The notes: generated from the sequence alone by a model not told the origin. 40,000 nucleotides of DNA from Clostridia bacterium (GCA_045532455.1 JAZSFX010000024.1:2918-42917); one strand, 5' to 3'. Shown: positions 18,206-29,266, numbered from the stretch's first letter. Made by a program: numbers and translations.

Positions 18206-18835
18206 ATGATTTTAGCACCGTCAATGCTATCGGCAGATTTTGGAATATTGGCAAAGCAACTAAAAGAATTAGAAGACGCAGGAGTTGAGTGGCTTCATGT
18301 AGATGTTATGGACGGACATTTTGTGCCGAACATAAGCTTTGCAATGCCTGTAATAGAATCCATACGTAAATACACTGATATGTATTTTGACGTACACCTT
18401 ATGATAGACAAGCCTGAGAGATATATAAAGGAATTTGCAAGGTGCGGTGCAGATGGAATTACAATTCATATCGAAGCTACCGATTGTCCCGATAAGTGTA
18501 TCGAAATGATAAGAGAATGTGGTAAAAAAGCGGCAATAGCAATAAATCCCGACACACCGCTATCAAAAATAGAAAAATATATAAATGAAGTGGATATGGT
18601 GCTTTGTATGAGCGTTTTCCCAGGCTATGGCGGACAAAAATACATAAGTGAAGTCAGTGATAAAATAAAAGAGCTGCGTAACATTGTCGGTCCTGATTAT
18701 GATATTCAGGTTGATGGCGGCATAAATGCAAATAACATAGACCACGTACTAGAAATGGGCGCAAATGTTATTGTTGCAGGCTCGGCAGTGTTTAACGGTA
18801 ATATTGCAAAGTCAGTTGCGGAGCTTACAAGATAA
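18206..18835 (+). CDS. rpe: Ribulose-phosphate 3-epimerase
   Basis: APSMLSADF and DVMDGHFVPN motifs. ATG 18206 is the likely start; the ORF-track ATG 18179 overlaps rsgA. Confidence 0.93.
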   Translation: MILAPSMLSADFGILAKQLKELEDAGVEWLHVDVMDGHFVPNISFAMPVIESIRKYTDMYFDVHLMIDKPERYIKEFARCGADGITIHIEATDCPDKCIEMIRECGKKAAIAINPDTPLSKIEKYINEVDMVLCMSVFPGYGGQKYISEVSDKIKELRNIVGPDYDIQVDGGINANNIDHVLEMGANVIVAGSAVFNGNIAKSVAELTR

Positions 18836-19440
18836 TGAGAGCAGTAATTATAGGTAACGGTAACCTTTTGGATAGTGAATTTATACGTTCAAAAATCAAT
18901 GGCGACGATTTTATTATATGTGCCGATGGCGGCTACAACAAAGCTGTGCAAATGGGCATAAGGGCAAATGTTATTATAGGTGATTTAGATAGCATTACAG
19001 ATTTTGATAATGATATTGAGGTTATAAAATATCCTGCAAAAAAGGACTTTACCGACGGCGAATTGTGTATTGACTTTGCCTTGCAAAAAGGCTTTGATGA
19101 GATTTTGTTTTTGTGTATGTCATCATCAAGACTCGACCATACAATCAATAACATTTTTATGATGTCAAAATGTAAAAAAGCTATGATGGCAGACGAAGAA
19201 AACGAAATCTATATATTAAATGATAATTTAGAAATAACAAACAAAAAAGGAAAAATACTTTCCATAATACCAATAGAAAATGATTTAGAGGGAATAACCA
19301 CAAAAGGCCTCGAATATCCGCTAAAAAACGAAACTCTGTTTTTTGGTGCGTGCCGTGGCAACAGTAATATTATTAACGATGATTTATGCACAATCAGCAT
19401 AAAAAAAGGTATAGGAATAGTAGTGGTTACGTCTGAGTAA
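18835..19440 (+). CDS. thiN: Thiamine pyrophosphokinase
   Basis: CADGG and GDLDS motifs in a 201-aa protein, at the position following rpe as in B. subtilis yloS. Confidence 0.88.
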   Translation: MRAVIIGNGNLLDSEFIRSKINGDDFIICADGGYNKAVQMGIRANVIIGDLDSITDFDNDIEVIKYPAKKDFTDGELCIDFALQKGFDEILFLCMSSSRLDHTINNIFMMSKCKKAMMADEENEIYILNDNLEITNKKGKILSIIPIENDLEGITTKGLEYPLKNETLFFGACRGNSNIINDDLCTISIKKGIGIVVVTSE

Positions 19441-19451
19441 ATCCAGGGGGT

Positions 19452-20594
19452 GTGAGTAAGACAGTGCTTTATCTTGATAACGCGGCAACAACAAAGCCAA
19501 TGCAGTGTGTTGTTGATACTATAATTGAAAATGCCAGGAATTTCGGTAACCCGTCATCGTTACATTCAATTGGTCTTGACGCCGAAAAAATGATAGAGAC
19601 AAGCAGAAAAACCATAGCAAATATGCTTGGTGTAAAGGATAAGGACATATATTTTACCTCGGGCGGTACTGAGGCGAATAATATGGCAATTTTTGGTGCG
19701 GCATATGGACTTCAGAAGATAGGTAAATCTCTCATAACCACACAAATTGAACATCCATCGGTTTTGGAATGCTTTAAAAGACTCGAAAAAGAGGGCTTTG
19801 AAGTAACGTATCTAAAACCCGATAAAGACGGAATAATAAGTCTTAACGAACTCGAAAAATCAATCACCCCAAAAACAACACTTGTTAGTGTTATGCACGT
19901 AAATAACGAAACAGGTGTAATACAACCCGTAGATAAAATAAAAGAACTTTTAGGTAAAAAAGCACCGCGTGCATTTTTCCATTGCGATTGTGTGCAGTCA
20001 TTTGGTAAAATACCCGTTTCACCAATGGAGTGGGGTGCAGATATGGTAAGCATATCCTCACACAAAATAGGTGGTTTTAAGGGTACGGGTGCATTGTACA
20101 TTGCAAAGCCGCAGCTTATAAAAACCCTTATTGTTGGTGGAGAACAACAAAAGGAAATACGACCCGGTACAGAAAATACACTTGGAATTTCTGCATTCGG
20201 TAAGGCTTGTGAAAATTGTAATCCAAACACAAATAACCTTAAGGGATTCAGAAACAAATTAGCGCAGAGAATTCAATCTGCAATTCCTGACACACAAATT
20301 AATGGTTCAAACGACCAAAATAGCGGCAGTGTCTTAAATATGTCGTTTTTGGGTGTAAAGGCGGAAGTGTTACTGCACGCACTCGAAAATAATGATATAT
20401 ATGTATCAACAGGCTCTGCCTGCTCATCGCACAAGCCGCAACCAAGCCACGTTTTGCAGGCTATGGACTGCGACAAAAAGGCGATTGACAGTGCAATAAG
20501 AATGAGTTTTATAAGAGAGCTTAACGAAGATGAAATAGAAACACTTATTAGTGCCCTTAAAAAAGAAGTTGATACAATACGAAGATATATGTAA
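19452..20594 (+). CDS. Class V aminotransferase-fold cysteine desulfurase (NifS/NifZ-like), probable ThiI partner
   Basis: SSHKIGG carries the PLP lysine and GSACSS the catalytic cysteine. GTG start follows AGGGGG. The gene is adjacent to thiI. Confidence 0.88.
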   Translation: MSKTVLYLDNAATTKPMQCVVDTIIENARNFGNPSSLHSIGLDAEKMIETSRKTIANMLGVKDKDIYFTSGGTEANNMAIFGAAYGLQKIGKSLITTQIEHPSVLECFKRLEKEGFEVTYLKPDKDGIISLNELEKSITPKTTLVSVMHVNNETGVIQPVDKIKELLGKKAPRAFFHCDCVQSFGKIPVSPMEWGADMVSISSHKIGGFKGTGALYIAKPQLIKTLIVGGEQQKEIRPGTENTLGISAFGKACENCNPNTNNLKGFRNKLAQRIQSAIPDTQINGSNDQNSGSVLNMSFLGVKAEVLLHALENNDIYVSTGSACSSHKPQPSHVLQAMDCDKKAIDSAIRMSFIRELNEDEIETLISALKKEVDTIRRYM

Positions 20595-20615
20595 TCGAAA
20601 GGAATAGTTACAAAA

Positions 20616-21794
20616 ATGAAAGAAATCTTACTTGCAAAATACGGAGAAATCATACTAAAAGGCGGTAACAGACCGCGTTTTGAAAGTATTTTGGTAAATA
20701 ACATTAATAACGCAATAAAAAAGGTTGCCAATGCAAAGGTCAGACTTGCTCAGGCAACTGTATATATAGATGTCGAAGACGAAACAAAAATTGATTTGGT
20801 GCTCGAAAGACTGACAAAGGTTTTTGGTATTGTTTCGGTTACAAAAGCGGCAGTATGCGAAAAAACAGTAGAGTCAATCAAGGAGGTTGCAAAGGAGTAT
20901 CTTGCAAAGGACTTGGATAAACCAATAAAATTTAAGGTTGAGTCAAAGCGCTCCGACAAGGGTTTTCCATTAAATTCCGTTGAACTTAGTCAGAATATAG
21001 GCAGCTTTTTAAACGGTCAATTTCCTAAAATACGTTGTGATGTACACGAGCCTGATGCAACTGTAAAGGTAGAGGTAAGAGATTTTGCGGCGTATGTGTA
21101 TATAGCAGAAAATAAACGTCAAGGTCAGGGCGGTATGCCAATAGGCACAGGCTCAAAGGCAACACTTTTACTGTCGGGCGGTATCGACAGTCCTGTTGCA
21201 GGTCATATGATAGCTAAAAGAGGCGTAACAATAGACGCAATCAACTTTTTCTCATACCCCTACACCTCGCAACGTGCAAAAGAAAAGGTAATAGAACTTG
21301 CTTCAATAATAGCACAGTATACTTCAAAAATAAATCTGTACATTGTTCCGTTTACCGAAATTCAGTTACAGATAAGAGACAACTGCCCCGAGGAGCATAT
21401 GACGCTCTTAATGCGAAGATTTATGATGAAAATAGCCGAAAGAATTGCCCGAAAAAACAAATCACTTGCACTTATTACAGGTGAAAGTGTAGGGCAAGTT
21501 GCAAGCCAGACTTTGAGCGCACTTGACGTTACAAATGCAGTGGTTGATATGCCTATTTTGCAACCGTTAATAGGAATGGATAAAATAGAGGTTATAAACC
21601 GTGCAAGAGAAATTGGCACATTTGATACATCAATTCTTCCGTATGAGGATTGTTGTACAGTATTTACGCCAAAGCACCCTACAGTTAATCCAAAACGCGA
21701 AAAGATTGAACTGTCCGAAAGAAAGCTTGATATGGAAACACTTATCCAAGAGGCTATAGAGGGTGTTGAACTAATCGAAGTATATCCTGAATAA
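20616..21794 (+). CDS. thiI: tRNA 4-thiouridine synthase ThiI (THUMP + PP-loop, no rhodanese domain)
   Basis: SGGIDSPVA PP-loop and an N-terminal ferredoxin-like/THUMP region. The 392-aa length matches the short Firmicutes form. Confidence 0.92.
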   Translation: MKEILLAKYGEIILKGGNRPRFESILVNNINNAIKKVANAKVRLAQATVYIDVEDETKIDLVLERLTKVFGIVSVTKAAVCEKTVESIKEVAKEYLAKDLDKPIKFKVESKRSDKGFPLNSVELSQNIGSFLNGQFPKIRCDVHEPDATVKVEVRDFAAYVYIAENKRQGQGGMPIGTGSKATLLLSGGIDSPVAGHMIAKRGVTIDAINFFSYPYTSQRAKEKVIELASIIAQYTSKINLYIVPFTEIQLQIRDNCPEEHMTLLMRRFMMKIAERIARKNKSLALITGESVGQVASQTLSALDVTNAVVDMPILQPLIGMDKIEVINRAREIGTFDTSILPYEDCCTVFTPKHPTVNPKREKIELSERKLDMETLIQEAIEGVELIEVYPE

Positions 21795-21819
21795 TTTAGG
21801 AAGTAAAAGGGGTTTATAT

Positions 21820-24800
21820 ATGTCAATTACAGTAGTAAAGGGTGGTATTTCGTCAGGAAAGACTACCCTTTGTATGAACATAATAGAAAAACTTCATAAG
21901 ACCAAGAGATGTGTTGTGCTTGTTAATGACAAGTACTCTTTTGAGATGGAAAAAAGCTTTATCGAAAGGTTTGGAGGGACAGGACTAAACAATATAGAGG
22001 TTATGACATTCCGCAAGCTTGCCGATAAACTCATAGATACACAAAACACAACATATATGACCGAGGCGGGCAGACAAATGCTTGTATACAGGGCAATAAA
22101 GGCATATCTTGCCACAAAGCCTGATATAAGTATTAATCTGTTGCGTTCAATAGGTAAAAACGGTTTTGCGCAGATTATGAACTCTTTTGTTGGTGAGCTT
22201 GGAAATTATGGTACAACAAGCGAAAAATTAAGAGAAGAAGCGCAAAAAACAGAGGATAAAATCCTTAAAGAAAAACTTTTTGTAATTGCCGATATATACG
22301 ATAAATATCTGCAAATTGCAAAAGATATGAATTATACTGATATTAACTACTTCCTTGATATTCTGGCGCAAAAAATAAATACAGATGAGAGCATATTTAA
22401 GGATACAACTGTCTTTATAGAGTGCTTTAACGACTTTTTACCGCCAAGATGGAATGTTATTAAGGCCATAAATTCACATGCAGAGAGTGTATATATAACC
22501 TTGCGCGTGTCCGAAAAAGACAACGAAAAAGAACTGTACGAATTAAATAATGAAACACTGAGAAAAATCGAAGAAGAATACGTTATTAAACATATAGAAT
22601 GTGATGAGCATTTAAAGCATACAAAGGATAAAAACAAAGAGCTTTATCATCTTGTAAACACCTGGAACAGTGAGGAAGTTTATAACGATGAGGTTGACAA
22701 AATACGTATCTTTAAAAGTGCCGATACGTATATGGAGATAGAGAGGGTTGCGTGCAAAATAACGGAGCTTGTTCGTGAGGAGGGCTACCGTTACCGTGAT
22801 ATTGCAGTTGTGTGCGGTGATGAAGAAATGTATTCATCGCTTATTGAGCCTGTGTTCAATGAGTACGAAATACCGTACTTTTCGGATAATGCAGAGCTTT
22901 TGCAATATCACCCCATTGCAATACAATTAACCTCTCTTTTTGATATGTTCGAAAATGGCTTTGATTACGAGTCAGTTTTTATGTACTTAAAATCAGGATA
23001 TATCTTCAAAAAAGAGAAATCCAAGAACGGATATTTCTACACACCCGTATCTCCTGAGGATATTGATGAGCTCGATAACTATGCGCTTAAATACGGTATA
23101 AGGGGCAAAAGAAGATGGCTCGAAGACGAGGGCTTTGCAAAAGAACTTACAATTATGCAAGCTGCGTTCGAAGACGGTAAGGACAGTACATTTTCGGAAG
23201 AAAATCAGGTGCTATTAGAAAAAATCAATAAACTTCATAAGGAGCTTATGGGCCCTGTAATAAAGTTCAATAAAAAACTTCGCAACTCAAAAAATGCCAA
23301 GGGTTATGCAAAGGCACTGTTTGAACTGTTGGAGGATATAAACATTGCCGACGGATTAGAGAGCGAGATATACAAGCTCGAAAGAGAGAACAAAATCAAC
23401 GAAGCTCAGCAATTCGAAAGAATATGGGAGTTGTTGCTTGATGTAATAGACCAGGTTGCTCTTACTATGGGCGAAGAAGAAATGACAATAGAGGAGTTTG
23501 GCGAATATATAAAAGAGGGTATTTCAACGTGCGAAATCCGTCTTGTACCATCAGGAATAGACAGAGTGTATGTAGGTGGTGCGGATACAAACAATGTCGT
23601 TGCAATAAAGGTGCTTTTTGCTATGGGCGCAGTTGAGGGAACATATCCCAGGATGTCAAAAACAGAGGGATTTTTATCCGATGAGGAAAGAGAAAGCCTG
23701 AATATTCAAAGCGGTACCAAAATGTTTGCCGATACAATCAAAGAGCGTATAAAGCGGCAGAACTACTCAATATTTGAGCTTTTTGCCCGCTCAAGTGATT
23801 ATGTGTTTATAAGCACACCGCTATACGATTTCTCGGGTGCAGAGCACAGTGTTGCAACAATTGTAAATGATATTATAAGAAAATTTCCAAAGGTCAAAAT
23901 AAGCGATAATTTTTCTTATAATAACAGTGAGGAAAGGTTTTATATAAGCTCACCTCAGGCAACATTCCATAAAATGCTCATAAATAAATCTCAAAACCGC
24001 AATGGTAGTTGCGCACTATGGGACGCGGTAAAGGAGTACTATGCACAGGACGAGGATTATATGGCAAAAATGAAGCTCCTTGACGGTGAAAATGAATTCT
24101 TTAAAGTTCAGGAGAGTATAGACAGTAGCTATGCAATAAAATTATATGGCGAAAAAATAAATTACAGTAAGTCTAAAATAGACGAATATGCAAGATGCCC
24201 GTACAGCTTCTTTATGCACTATGGCCTTGGTGTAAAAGAACGGGAAGAATGGGAAATCTCAAAGGCAGACTTAGGCTCATACGCGCACGAGATAATAGAA
24301 AAATTCTGCACACGTGTAGAAGACGGTGCAGATACTGCTAAAGAAAAACTGAAAAAATGGCGTGAGCTCAGCGAGGATAGCCGAAAAGCCTTACTTGGTG
24401 AAATTTTCGATAAAGTAAGCGAGCGTATGATGAGCGCCAATATGACACGTCAGGCGAAAATAGAACACATCTTAAGCAGAATGAACAGAGTAATAGACAG
24501 AGCAACAAAAACCATAACAGATTGCTTTGTACACGGTAAATACACCATAAAGAGTATGGAAAATGAAATAACTGTTCAAATTAGCGACACTGTTTTCATA
24601 AACGGTTTTATCGACCGTCTTGATGAACTCAGGGAGGACAGTAAAAACTCAATACGTGTAATAGACTACAAAACAGGTGCAAGCGAGTTTAATATTAAAA
24701 ATATCTATAACGGTGTAGATATGCAAATGGCAATATATGCACTTGCCGCAAAGCTCAAATGCGAGGAGGAGTCAAACGAGCCATACACCGTAACGGGAAT

Positions 24801-25263
24801 GTATTACACTAAGCTTCGTGGCGAGTTAAAGGGCTCTGTAGCCGACGTCGAAAAACTGAGAAAGCTCGACGGTGTAACGTTTGAGGATAACGAAAATTTT
24901 GAGGATAAAAAAGTCCTGTCCGATATGGACGATAACACAGTTAACGGTCAAAGCACACTACTACCTATCAAATTCAAGGCAAACGGAGACCTCGACCAAA
25001 AGAGCCACGAAAAAGTACGTACTCAATATGAGGGCGAAAAGTTAATGGATTTTGTTCGGGATAAAATATTGGAATTTGACGATAATATAAGGAACAAGGG
25101 CGATATAAGAATTATGCCGTATGAAGACGTGTGCGATTATTGCGAATATTCAAAAATTTGCTCTATTTCGGGCTGTGTTGCAAAAAGACAAGTAAAGGGT
25201 AAAGACCAAAAGCCTGACCAAATATGGAAAAATATCGTCAACGAACAGGAACAGAAAGGATAA
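21820..25263 (+). CDS. addB: Helicase-nuclease AddAB subunit B
   Basis: N-terminal GGISSGKTT, the C-terminal RecB-type nuclease motif GFIDRLD...IDYKTG, and Fe-S cysteines (CPYSFF...CDYCEYSKIC). Confidence 0.92.
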   Translation: MSITVVKGGISSGKTTLCMNIIEKLHKTKRCVVLVNDKYSFEMEKSFIERFGGTGLNNIEVMTFRKLADKLIDTQNTTYMTEAGRQMLVYRAIKAYLATKPDISINLLRSIGKNGFAQIMNSFVGELGNYGTTSEKLREEAQKTEDKILKEKLFVIADIYDKYLQIAKDMNYTDINYFLDILAQKINTDESIFKDTTVFIECFNDFLPPRWNVIKAINSHAESVYITLRVSEKDNEKELYELNNETLRKIEEEYVIKHIECDEHLKHTKDKNKELYHLVNTWNSEEVYNDEVDKIRIFKSADTYMEIERVACKITELVREEGYRYRDIAVVCGDEEMYSSLIEPVFNEYEIPYFSDNAELLQYHPIAIQLTSLFDMFENGFDYESVFMYLKSGYIFKKEKSKNGYFYTPVSPEDIDELDNYALKYGIRGKRRWLEDEGFAKELTIMQAAFEDGKDSTFSEENQVLLEKINKLHKELMGPVIKFNKKLRNSKNAKGYAKALFELLEDINIADGLESEIYKLERENKINEAQQFERIWELLLDVIDQVALTMGEEEMTIEEFGEYIKEGISTCEIRLVPSGIDRVYVGGADTNNVVAIKVLFAMGAVEGTYPRMSKTEGFLSDEERESLNIQSGTKMFADTIKERIKRQNYSIFELFARSSDYVFISTPLYDFSGAEHSVATIVNDIIRKFPKVKISDNFSYNNSEERFYISSPQATFHKMLINKSQNRNGSCALWDAVKEYYAQDEDYMAKMKLLDGENEFFKVQESIDSSYAIKLYGEKINYSKSKIDEYARCPYSFFMHYGLGVKEREEWEISKADLGSYAHEIIEKFCTRVEDGADTAKEKLKKWRELSEDSRKALLGEIFDKVSERMMSANMTRQAKIEHILSRMNRVIDRATKTITDCFVHGKYTIKSMENEITVQISDTVFINGFIDRLDELREDSKNSIRVIDYKTGASEFNIKNIYNGVDMQMAIYALAAKLKCEEESNEPYTVTGMYYTKLRGELKGSVADVEKLRKLDGVTFEDNENFEDKKVLSDMDDNTVNGQSTLLPIKFKANGDLDQKSHEKVRTQYEGEKLMDFVRDKILEFDDNIRNKGDIRIMPYEDVCDYCEYSKICSISGCVAKRQVKGKDQKPDQIWKNIVNEQEQKG

Positions 25264-25265
25264 CT

Positions 25266-28200
25266 ATGGGCAGAAATTGGACTGTTGAACAGAGAGAAGC
25301 GATATACGCGCCTGTTGGTAAATACAATATTTTGGTTTCTGCCGATGCAGGAAGCGGTAAGACCTCAGTTTTAGTAGAGCGCATTTGTAATATGATTATA
25401 AATCATGGTGTATCAATCGAGAATTTATTGGTTGTTACATTCACAAATGCGGCTGCTGCAGGCATGAAAGAAAAAATCATAGCACGCTTGCAGAGTGCAG
25501 TGTTTGAATGCACAAATATTGAGGAAAGACGCAGACTAAAGGAGCAGACGTATCTTTGTGGTATGGCAGATATTTTAACGATAGATGCTTTTTGTCTTAA
25601 TGTTCTGAAGAATAACTTTCATCTTGCGGGTATTGCTCCTAACTTTTACATAATAGATAAAACCGAAGAAGAGATTCTCAAAGAAAAGGCTCTGGAAAAT
25701 GTATTTGACGAGCTTTATACAAGTGAGGATGAGAGTGATAGATATAAATTAAATAAGCTGATAGGCGCTTTTGCGGATAACAGAAGTGATGACAGACTCC
25801 TGTCTGTTATAACGAGTGTGTATAACTTTTCGCAAAGCTTTGCAAAGCCTATGGATTGGGTTAAAAAGGTATGTGCATACTACGATAGTAAAAGCGGTAA
25901 AAAGGTATGGTTTAACGAACTGTATCTGCCTTTTGTATACAAGAAAAATCTTAACCAAATGCTTTTTGAGTTGCAAAAAGACAGAGATTTTGTTAAGTCA
26001 AATGGTGAGGAGTTCGGTGTAGATATTTCGCAATCTGACGTTGCTAAAAAATCGGTAGAAAAGTATAACGAGTTAATTGCGTATGCAAAAAGTGTTATAT
26101 CTAAAGCAAATGAGCTTGTATTGTGTTCCGATACAGATGAGCTTATGAGAGCAAATAGCAGTACAGAGCTTGGCGAAATGCCAAAAAAATATTCAGGTAT
26201 TTCTAAAAATCCTGCTTTGAGTGCCGAGTATGATGCAGTGGCAGATTCCATTAAAAAGATATTGGAGCATATAAATGAATTTCCGTATAAATCGGAGACG
26301 GAGCTAGATGAGGCAATACACATTGATGAACTCTGTAGTGTTGCCACTTCGCTTGCGTGGATTATAGAAAAATACCATATTGCGCTTTCAAAACTCAAAG
26401 AAAAACGCAGTTCGTGGTCATTTTCGGATATAGAGCACAAGGTTTATGACCTTTTTTGTGATAACGAAAACGGACTTTGCGAAAAATACCGCGCAAAATA
26501 TACCGAAATTCTGATTGATGAGTATCAGGATACAAACGGACTTCAGGACTCTATTTTTAAAGCCATTTCAAAGGATAACAGAAACATTTTTATGGTGGGC
26601 GACTTAAAGCAGAGTATATATCTTTTCCGAGGCGGAGATCCGTATATATTCAAAAAGAAATTTAATGAATACACCCAAAATGTCAACGAGGATAACGAAA
26701 ATAATATAAGCGGAAGACTTATAAAGCTATCCAAAAACTTTAGAAGCTCTAATGAGGTTCTAAAAAGCGTTGATGCACTCTTTTCGCGTATTATGACAGA
26801 CGAATTGGGCGACGTAAAATACGTATGCAATTCTTACGACAATGATACAGAAAATATAGATATAAAAACAAAATTATATAATATTGCGTGTGTAAAAGGC
26901 AACTATGAGGACGAAGATCGAATATTAGCACGTGCCGAAGCGCAATATATGGCAAGAGAAGTAAAAAAAATAATTGGAAAAACCATAACCGTAGGTAATA
27001 AAACGAAAACAATCGGTTATGGTGATATAACCATATTATTAAGAGCAATAAAAGGAAATGCCAAAGTATACACCGAGGAATTCAAGAAAGCAGGAGTGCC
27101 TTTAAGAGTTGTGCTTTCAGACTTTTTCGATAAAAGGGAAGTACAGGTTATGGTTTCTCTGTTGTCGGTCATTTCCAATTTCAAACAGGATATTGCGCTT
27201 GTGAGTGTACTGCTTTCGCCGATATTTGCGTTTTCGGGTAACGAATTAGCACAGATAAAGTGCATATATAAGGAGAATAAAACAACAAAATCCCATATAT
27301 GTTTTTTTGATATGCTTTGTTTTATTGCCGATAACTGCGATGAGGAGGAAATTTCTCTAAAATGTAGAAAAACAGTGGATAAACTACGTAAATGGCGCGA
27401 ATATACACGTATAATGCCCGTTGCAAAGCTCATATGGACAATATACGAGGAAAGTGGCTTTTACGACTTTATGGGCGTACTCGAGGGTAGTGAAGAAGCA
27501 CAAAAGAATTTGCGTTTGCTATACCAAAGAGCGCAATCCTTTGAACAGGGCGGGTCAAAGGGTTTGTTTAACTTTGTAAATTATATGGAAAACTTAAGAA
27601 ACAACGGTGAGGGAATAAGCAGTGCAAAATCCGTTGTAGAGGATACAGTTTCGGTTATGACAATACACTCAAGTAAGGGTCTGGAATTTCCGATTGTTTT
27701 TCTTGGCGGTTTAGGACAAAAACTGCAAAATCCTATTGCCGACGGTATCTTAAAAATTCACGGAGATTACGGAATAGGAATACCGTATGGTAATATCGAG
27801 GCGCAAACATACGAGAAGAATATATACACAAACACCGTTTCCCAGGTACGTAACAGAGAGGAAATGTCAGAATATGTCAGGCTTTTATACGTTGCTATGA
27901 CAAGAGTTGAATATATGCTTGTTAATTTTTCTGCGTTCAAGGCACCAACCGAAGAAAAGGCATACGACAAAATAGAAGATTGGAAATATAAAAAGCTAAC
28001 CAATAATACCAATATAAATGCACGTTGCTTTGAGGATTGGGTTGTTCCCGTGGCACTAAACTCGGACGAATTTGAATGTAGTAATCTTGAATTTTACACA
28101 GACACCGAGGCAGAAGAAGATGAACAACAAGAAGGTGTAACGGAATTATCACAAGAGGGCAAGGAAAGCGTTAAAGAGCTTTTGGATTATAAGTATAAAT

Positions 28201-28856
28201 ATATCGAAAGTACCGATATTCCGTCAAGAACGTCTGCAACTGAGCTCAAGAAAGCAGAAAGCATACGACGTAAATCGCAGATAACCATACGTAAAAAACC
28301 ACGATTCATAAGTAACGAAATCGACGGTGCAATCAGGGGTATAGCATATCATAATGCAATGGCCTTTATCAATTTAGAAGCACTAAAAACAGATTTAAGC
28401 CAAAAAACTGTTGATGATGAGCTTAAAAGATTATGCGATGAGGGTAAAATAAATAAAGAGATATATATAAAAGACGCTAAAATGGCAGAAAATATCTTTG
28501 CTTTCTTTAAAAGCAGACTCGGTAGTGATATGCTTTACGCCCATGGCGTGTATCGCGAAAAAGACTTCCAGACAAGTATCGACGCGTCATACTATAAGCA
28601 GGATTCAAAAGTAGAAAAAGGCGAAAAGATGATACTGCAAGGTGTTATTGACTGCTTCTACGAAAATAAAGAAGGTGAAATTGTCCTGCTCGATTTTAAA
28701 ACAGATAATATGAGCGAAAAAACAAAACAGGATATGCTCGATTTATATGGTTTGCAACTTGAATTATATAGTAATGCAATAGAGAAAATAACAGAAAAGA
28801 AAGTAGCATATAAATATCTGTATCTGTTTGATATAGGCGAGGCGGTACAATACTAA
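25266..28856 (+). CDS. addA: Helicase-nuclease AddAB subunit A (UvrD-like helicase + RecB nuclease)
   Basis: WTVEQREAI, ADAGSGKTSVL, IDEYQDTN and a C-terminal GVIDCF...LDFKTD. ATG 25266 lies 2 nt after the addB stop. The ORF-track start at 25224 overlaps addB. Confidence 0.93.
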   Translation: MGRNWTVEQREAIYAPVGKYNILVSADAGSGKTSVLVERICNMIINHGVSIENLLVVTFTNAAAAGMKEKIIARLQSAVFECTNIEERRRLKEQTYLCGMADILTIDAFCLNVLKNNFHLAGIAPNFYIIDKTEEEILKEKALENVFDELYTSEDESDRYKLNKLIGAFADNRSDDRLLSVITSVYNFSQSFAKPMDWVKKVCAYYDSKSGKKVWFNELYLPFVYKKNLNQMLFELQKDRDFVKSNGEEFGVDISQSDVAKKSVEKYNELIAYAKSVISKANELVLCSDTDELMRANSSTELGEMPKKYSGISKNPALSAEYDAVADSIKKILEHINEFPYKSETELDEAIHIDELCSVATSLAWIIEKYHIALSKLKEKRSSWSFSDIEHKVYDLFCDNENGLCEKYRAKYTEILIDEYQDTNGLQDSIFKAISKDNRNIFMVGDLKQSIYLFRGGDPYIFKKKFNEYTQNVNEDNENNISGRLIKLSKNFRSSNEVLKSVDALFSRIMTDELGDVKYVCNSYDNDTENIDIKTKLYNIACVKGNYEDEDRILARAEAQYMAREVKKIIGKTITVGNKTKTIGYGDITILLRAIKGNAKVYTEEFKKAGVPLRVVLSDFFDKREVQVMVSLLSVISNFKQDIALVSVLLSPIFAFSGNELAQIKCIYKENKTTKSHICFFDMLCFIADNCDEEEISLKCRKTVDKLRKWREYTRIMPVAKLIWTIYEESGFYDFMGVLEGSEEAQKNLRLLYQRAQSFEQGGSKGLFNFVNYMENLRNNGEGISSAKSVVEDTVSVMTIHSSKGLEFPIVFLGGLGQKLQNPIADGILKIHGDYGIGIPYGNIEAQTYEKNIYTNTVSQVRNREEMSEYVRLLYVAMTRVEYMLVNFSAFKAPTEEKAYDKIEDWKYKKLTNNTNINARCFEDWVVPVALNSDEFECSNLEFYTDTEAEEDEQQEGVTELSQEGKESVKELLDYKYKYIESTDIPSRTSATELKKAESIRRKSQITIRKKPRFISNEIDGAIRGIAYHNAMAFINLEALKTDLSQKTVDDELKRLCDEGKINKEIYIKDAKMAENIFAFFKSRLGSDMLYAHGVYREKDFQTSIDASYYKQDSKVEKGEKMILQGVIDCFYENKEGEIVLLDFKTDNMSEKTKQDMLDLYGLQLELYSNAIEKITEKKVAYKYLYLFDIGEAVQY

Positions 28857-28882
28857 AACAAGTATGAAAGGACAAGGGAATA

Positions 28883-29266
28883 ATGAATAGTTATAACAGA
28901 CAATACACATTTAATACCAAATATAAAAAGACAAAGAAACTGCTCGTTACGTTGTGTATAGTTTTGGTTTTGTGCTTTGTAGCGGTAACAATTATTGGTC
29001 TTATAGCGGATTCGGATAGTGTACAGAATATGAATATAAACAGTGCCATTGCAGAGAATACACAATTAAAATACAAAATTGAGGAGCAAAATGAGCAAAT
29101 AGCAGAGCTTAATGCGCAAATTGATAATCTCAAAATGCAAATCGAGAACGGTGGCGAGGTACAAAACGAAGAACCGTATACACCAGACGAGGAGCAAACG
29201 GGCGAAGAAGCGCCTCAGGCATATGAGAATAACCCTACAACACCAAGAGACGAAATAGACGGTTAA
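28883..29266 (+). CDS. Hypothetical bitopic membrane protein with an extracytoplasmic coiled coil and an acidic tail
   Basis: Basic N-terminus, one TM helix (LLVTLCIVLVLCFVAVTIIGLIA), a heptad-like segment NTQLKYKIEEQNEQIAELNAQIDNLKMQIE, and an E/P/T-rich end. AAAGGA SD. Confidence 0.6.
   Translation: MNSYNRQYTFNTKYKKTKKLLVTLCIVLVLCFVAVTIIGLIADSDSVQNMNINSAIAENTQLKYKIEEQNEQIAELNAQIDNLKMQIENGGEVQNEEPYTPDEEQTGEEAPQAYENNPTTPRDEIDG

Noticed and set aside
15886-26440. Other long antisense ORFs (15886-16413, 17366-17956, 19712-20257, 20273-20731, 21362-21826, 25880-26440, all on the - strand)
   Set aside because: Each lies fully inside a + strand gene with strong family motifs (prkC, rsgA, cysteine desulfurase, thiI, addA). 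The translations are Ser/Phe/Ile-rich with no start context. I treat them as frame artefacts of codon bias.
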